A stretch of 59,205 bases of DNA from an uncultured Anaerolineales bacterium (lineage in GTDB: Bacteria > Chloroflexota > Anaerolineae > UBA7937 > B3-Chlor): NCBI GenBank assembly GCA_964347945.1, contig CAYGAW010000053.1, forward strand, positions 1 through 59,205, given 5' to 3'. Within the stretch, counting starts at the first letter, position 1; the number at the start of each line of letters is the position of its first letter. The notes below the pieces were generated by a model that was not told the origin of the DNA, did no database searches, and was given only the letters and a program-made list of their open reading frames with translations. This document shows positions 54,667 to 59,205 of this stretch, one piece after another. A program made the position numbers and the translations under genes.

Positions 54667-54950
54667 GAGTCTCTTTCGTCCTCTAGCACCTCATACACCA
54701 GCTCAGCGATCTTCCCTCGGCCTCGGCCAGCACACCCGGTTCCTTTGACGCCTGGTACAGGATACGTCTCTTGGAGAAGCCGAGCAAGAACTGCCTGATC
54801 ATCGCCCTCACTGAGCATGATATCTGATCACGTTATCGTCGTTCGACATTTTGATTCAAGAGGAGGAAGCTGCACGCACTGTAGGACAGGTTGGCAACCT
54901 TTCCTACTCAACACTACGCTTCGAGTTTCGAATGAGGGGACTGTCGACGA

Positions 54951-55766
54951 TCAGGGGGAAGCGTCTTCCCAAGGTAGATCAGCCTCCAGGAGAACCTGGT
55001 AGGCCCGCCCCTTCTGAGAACCGAAGAGCTGACCAGGAGGATAGCGCAGCAGGAACTCCTCGACGACCCGATACTGCTCTCCCGCCAAATGGGCGCCCTC
55101 CCTGGCATCGACGAGTTCTATCCCAACCAGTGGACTATCCCAGGGAGCCACCTGGCTCTGCTGACCCCCGGGCAGACCGTCTATGGGCCCCAGGTCGGTA
55201 GCGGTCAGTACTCCCGAGCGGGGCATGAAGACGGTGGCGCCGGAAGGCTCAACGCCCATCAACTCAAAATACGCGTCCGAGAACGCAGTCGGTGCATCAG
55301 CGAAGTCATAGGGATAGATAGCGACCGTCTTGGAGCACTCGAGGAGATTGACTATCACGTGCCTCCATGGCATATCGGGCAGTGCAGGCGAGGGCATATA
55401 TTGGTCATCGAGTTCGAAGAACCCGGTATCAGCGATGAAGCTGAGAAGCTCTGCGACTTCCTCTTCGCTGATATGCCCGGTCCTGACCACCCGATCTGTT
55501 CCCACACTAGACTGCTCATCGCTGGCCAGAACCACGAATCCATCGCCGTAAATGCTCGCTTCCGCCACGTGCCTCCCCGTCGGCGGAGGCGTCAGGCCAC
55601 CGTATGTGTCTGCCTCGACAATGAGGACTCCCGGACTCCGATCGTAATCCAACGAGCTGAGACAAGGAAAAGGTGTGCTCTCATCTGCCACACCTCCGTC
55701 CCCGCACGCGACCAGAATCAGGACTGTTGCCAGTCCAATGCCGGACCGGATCTGTGCCCCTACCAC
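54951..55766 (-). CDS. hypothetical lipoprotein
   Basis: Signal peptide with lipobox LILVAC. No other motif recognised. Confidence 0.6.
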   Translation of the reverse strand: MVGAQIRSGIGLATVLILVACGDGGVADESTPFPCLSSLDYDRSPGVLIVEADTYGGLTPPPTGRHVAEASIYGDGFVVLASDEQSSVGTDRVVRTGHISEEEVAELLSFIADTGFFELDDQYMPSPALPDMPWRHVIVNLLECSKTVAIYPYDFADAPTAFSDAYFELMGVEPSGATVFMPRSGVLTATDLGPIDGLPGGQQSQVAPWDSPLVGIELVDAREGAHLAGEQYRVVEEFLLRYPPGQLFGSQKGRAYQVLLEADLPWEDASP

Positions 55767-55827
55767 GACAAGCGACCGAAAAAAGTGGGGCCAGCGTATG
55801 CATCACGCTGACCCCACAACCTCTCAC

Positions 55828-56616
55828 CTACGTCGGTGGACTGATGTCGAGCGGCTGGTTAACGTTACGGATTTCCATCAGGAAGTGCATCTCACCACTC
55901 TCATCCAGACAATTCACGGCGGCCTCAGCCTCCCTCTTGACAGGGAACTTTCCATCCACGGCCACCCAGATATTGTCCTCCGCCGAGGCGAAGGTGCAGC
56001 CAGCCATAGCAGCTCCCCAGACAGTCCCCTCGGCAGTTCGGTAGTGATGGGACTGAACGCCGTTCATCATCTCCTGCCCCAAGTACTGCGCGTCCTCGGG
56101 GTCGCCGGTGAAGAAGGTGTCCCACCAGTAGACCATGCTGAACATGTCAAACATCTCGAGCATGGAGTCATCCACGACTGGGATCTCCTGCCAGGGATCC
56201 CCGCCTTCTCGCATCCACATCTTGCCTTGCTCCTCGATGTAGATGATCTCCATGCTGGTGGACTCACCGTCCGTCACGCTGGAGAAGCCCAGTTGCTCCG
56301 CCCTTGTGGGCTCGCTCTGGCGCTTTCCCTCCATATCCAGCAAGACTTCCTGCGCCTGCCCTTCCATGGTACTCAGCCCATCGATATGAAGCGTGTAAGC
56401 GTACGAACTGAGGCCCTCCAAAGCCTCCACGTCCAGTTCGAATGGCAGTTCCTCAGGTGGAGGGGTCGGCTCTGGCGTCTCCCCTGGAGCAGGTGGTGCC
56501 TGCGTCTCCTCCTCCGTTGGCCCGCCGCCAGGAACCCCCGGCATGCAGGCCAACGTGAGCGAAACCAAGACGCCAATGCTCAACAGCACCGTCAACGCTT
56601 TCTTTCTCCTGTACAC
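55828..56616 (-). CDS. hypothetical lipoprotein
   Basis: Signal peptide with lipobox LTLAC and a Pro/Glu/Thr-rich linker. No other motif recognised. Confidence 0.6.
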   Translation of the reverse strand: MYRRKKALTVLLSIGVLVSLTLACMPGVPGGGPTEEETQAPPAPGETPEPTPPPEELPFELDVEALEGLSSYAYTLHIDGLSTMEGQAQEVLLDMEGKRQSEPTRAEQLGFSSVTDGESTSMEIIYIEEQGKMWMREGGDPWQEIPVVDDSMLEMFDMFSMVYWWDTFFTGDPEDAQYLGQEMMNGVQSHHYRTAEGTVWGAAMAGCTFASAEDNIWVAVDGKFPVKREAEAAVNCLDESGEMHFLMEIRNVNQPLDISPPT

Positions 56617-56761
56617 TTGCTACCTCCTTCTTTCCTTCACCCTACCTCATCAATTTTACCTTCAATCAAGGCATCAGATTGGCCTACGCCCCTGCGCCCT
56701 GCTTCGCGAGCCATGCCTCTTCGCTCACATCAGTTGGCATCACCTCGCCCGCCTCACCACC

Positions 56762-57820
56762 TCACGAGTGGATCACTCCCCTCAGAAGGAGCAACCCTGT
56801 GATCACAACCGCCCCTGCGAGCGCCGCCAGTAGGCACCCTCTGGCCCACGGTCGAGATGTGTCGCTACCCCTGAACAGCAGCAAGAGCCCGATGATGAGG
56901 CCCGCAGGCGGGATCAAGGCCGAGAGCGCATAGAGCAAGAGGTCCGGCCTCCGTTCCCACTCCACCAGCAGCGGACTGGCATTGAAGATCGACGAGTAGG
57001 TACCGCTGATGATGCCGATCAGAAGCGTCAACACAAAACTCCTGATGGTGATGCCGCCAAAGAGTAGCAGGGCCGTCAAGGTGAAGACGACGGTCAGCTG
57101 CGTATTGATGGATCGGTCCAAGGTTTGGATGATGCTATGATTCACGATATCCTCGACGGGTTGGCCAGCGTATCGTCTACTATTCTCACGGATGCGGTCG
57201 AACACGACGATGCTGTCATGCACCGAGAAGCCGATCACAGTCAAGAGGGCCGTCAGGAACAAAGCATCCACCTCAAAACCGCGCACCCAACCAAGGATGG
57301 AGGCGAGCCCCACCACCACGAAAATGTCGTGCACCATGGCGATGATGGCGCAGGTCCCGTATCGCACCGGCCTCATCACGTGGCGAAAGGCAAAAGAGAT
57401 GTAGATCAGGATGGCCACCGCCGCCATGCCCACGACTATGTAGGCCCGTCGCTGCACCTCGCCCCCCACTGCCGGGCCAACCGATTCGAAACGCAATTCG
57501 GTGAAGCTTCCGAACCGCTCCTCTAGGTCTTGCTGGATCTTCCCCTTAGTCCCTGCATCCAGCGTCTTGCTGCGAATCAGGAAGATGTTCCCGGGCGAAC
57601 TCTGCACCATCGTGTCGCCAAAGCCATACTGGCCAAAGAGTTCCTTCAATTGGGCAGGTTGAACTACCACGGCTTGCTCAAACTGGAGCTCCAGTATCGA
57701 TCCGCCGGTGAAGTCTATGGAGAAATTGAGCCCGAAGAGGATCAGGGATATCAGTCCCGGGACGACGACCACGGCCGAAATGAGGTAGTATAAATAGCGC
57801 CTGCCTACTATGTCGAGCAT
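56762..57820 (-). CDS. secF: protein translocase subunit SecF with a ~60-aa extra C-terminal two-TM extension
   Basis: IDFTGGS, the typical 6-TM SecF core, and FDRIREN. Confidence 0.9.
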   Translation of the reverse strand: MLDIVGRRYLYYLISAVVVVPGLISLILFGLNFSIDFTGGSILELQFEQAVVVQPAQLKELFGQYGFGDTMVQSSPGNIFLIRSKTLDAGTKGKIQQDLEERFGSFTELRFESVGPAVGGEVQRRAYIVVGMAAVAILIYISFAFRHVMRPVRYGTCAIIAMVHDIFVVVGLASILGWVRGFEVDALFLTALLTVIGFSVHDSIVVFDRIRENSRRYAGQPVEDIVNHSIIQTLDRSINTQLTVVFTLTALLLFGGITIRSFVLTLLIGIISGTYSSIFNASPLLVEWERRPDLLLYALSALIPPAGLIIGLLLLFRGSDTSRPWARGCLLAALAGAVVITGLLLLRGVIHS

Positions 57821-57829
57821 CCCTATTCC

Positions 57830-59205
57830 CTACACCCCGAACCAGCGATGGTGCTTGACCATGTCCAGGTCAATGGTCAGCCGCAGGAAAGTACGAGTGA
57901 CGATGATGGCAGTGAACATGCTGACCACCACGCCGATGCCCAATGTGAGCGCGAACCCTTTGACGACGCTGGCTCCGAAATACGAGCCGAACCAAAAGAG
58001 TACGGCACAGGTGATGATAGTGGAGAAGTTAGAGTCGCGGATCGACGGCCAGGCGCGGCTGAAACCCTGCTCCACGGCCAGCCCCAACCCCTTCCCGGCG
58101 CGGAGCTCCTCCTTCATCCGTTCGAAGATGAGAATATTGGCATCAACGGCCATACCCACAGAGAGTATGAAGCCAGCGATGCCCGGGAGGGTCAGAACCA
58201 CCGGTATCAGTTTGAACAGCGCCAACACAATAGCCACATAGATCATCAGTGCCACATCGGCCAGCAGTCCTGGCAGCCGATAGTAGAGCAGCATGAAGAC
58301 TACCACTATACCGAGGCCGATGGCACCGGCGATGAGGCTCTTTCGCAGGGAATCCTCACCCAACGTGGGACCAACCGTACGGTTTGTCTCCACGCGCAAC
58401 GGGATGGGCAGGGCCCCGTACCGCAGTCGGATGACGATGCTCTCCGCTTCCTCCGGTGGAAAGCCTCCTTCCCTGGTGATGCGAACAGATCCGCCGGGGA
58501 TAGGCTCGTTGATCGTGGCGCAGCTGACAACCTCCTTGTCCAACACGATACACATGATCTGTCCCACGTGAGCCCTGGTGTACTGCTCGAAGAGCACAGC
58601 CCCCGCATCGTTCAGCTGAAAGCGGATCTCCATCAGCCCCACCTGGTCGAACCCGATGCCAGCCTCACTCAGGTGGCGTCCGGTCATGATCGTCTCATAC
58701 ACGGGCTCCTCCGGAGCGGGGGAAACGGTCGGAGTGACGGGGATTGTGGGGCTCAACACGGGTGATGGCGTGACGGTGACCGGAGGGGTCGCCGTGATGG
58801 TGGCCGCCCCGACCTCCGCGGTAGCTGTCGATGTGGGCGCAACGGTTGGCGTCGCCACTGTTGTCGGTGTGATCGTTACAGTGGGCGTGATGACAGCTCC
58901 AGGGGCTACCTCCTCTGTGGTCCTCACCGTCATATCCGGCGGCAAGTACGTGTATCCAGCATCGATGAACTCCAAGAGGCCCGTCTCGCCGAAAGTCTCG
59001 ATGGCCCGCTCTGGGTCCTCGATGCCGGGCAACTCGACGATGATCCGGCGGCTGCCTGACAGCTGGATCAGGGGCTCCGAGACACCCAAGCTGTTCACCC
59101 GTTGCTCGATGATGGCCCTGGTGGCTTCCAGGGCAAGAGGATCGACGCTCTCCTCAGGGGGTAGGTCCGCTTCTAGGAGCACCTGCAAACCCCCCTGGAG
59201 ATCCA
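57830..59205 (-). CDS. secD: protein translocase subunit SecD (5' end outside the window) with a Thr/Pro/Val-rich insertion in the periplasmic head
   Basis: The frame is open to the window edge and reads ...DLQGGLQVLLEADL (LGLDLxGG motif). Conserved TM core VDANILIFERMKEE. Insertion ITPTVTITPTTVATPTVAPTSTA...VTPTVSPAPEEP. Confidence 0.9.
   Translation of the reverse strand, partial: DLQGGLQVLLEADLPPEESVDPLALEATRAIIEQRVNSLGVSEPLIQLSGSRRIIVELPGIEDPERAIETFGETGLLEFIDAGYTYLPPDMTVRTTEEVAPGAVITPTVTITPTTVATPTVAPTSTATAEVGAATITATPPVTVTPSPVLSPTIPVTPTVSPAPEEPVYETIMTGRHLSEAGIGFDQVGLMEIRFQLNDAGAVLFEQYTRAHVGQIMCIVLDKEVVSCATINEPIPGGSVRITREGGFPPEEAESIVIRLRYGALPIPLRVETNRTVGPTLGEDSLRKSLIAGAIGLGIVVVFMLLYYRLPGLLADVALMIYVAIVLALFKLIPVVLTLPGIAGFILSVGMAVDANILIFERMKEELRAGKGLGLAVEQGFSRAWPSIRDSNFSTIITCAVLFWFGSYFGASVVKGFALTLGIGVVVSMFTAIIVTRTFLRLTIDLDMVKHHRWFGV

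Noticed and set aside
55675-56802. 375-aa plus-strand ORF
   Set aside because: It is antisense to the 262-aa lipoprotein gene and spans intergenic DNA. It is His/Arg/Pro/Leu-rich with no start context.

Overview
GC-rich bacterial chromosomal segment, dense with housekeeping genes. No rRNA genes, CRISPR arrays or intact mobile elements were seen. Conserved clusters, mostly on the minus strand: rrf2-cysE-cysK, dnaG-rpoD, recA-recX-rny, a T-box-led valS-DUF457-rsmD cluster, priA and secD-secF, plus coaX, thiL and tRNA-Asn(GTT). Three signals fit a Chloroflexota-like or other deep Gram-positive-type lineage (inference only): a GAAC-N4-GTTC LexA box at recA, the T-box leader, and Pro/Thr-rich linkers in exported proteins. 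The less ordinary content is listed under findings. The top candidate is an operon diverging from recA, 60 nt from the SOS box. It pairs an 805-aa DNA-methylase-like Zn-ribbon protein with eroded catalytic motifs and a DUF71/Dph6-type PP-loop ATPase. Other points: two paralogous REC-GAF proteins ending in a His-less HisKA-like helix pair, each behind a near-consensus promoter; two ~74-nt palindromic repeat units between the valS T-box and the valS start codon; a second orphan LexA box; a 20%-Met, Cys-rich small protein; an SPFH/Zn-ribbon operon with an unknown coiled-coil partner; two long non-coding spacers; a decayed integrase N-terminal relic; and three reading-frame lesions (one amber codon, two frameshifts at short homopolymer runs) that are either real or assembly errors. 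All functional calls rest on motifs read by eye from the ORF translations. No database search was run.
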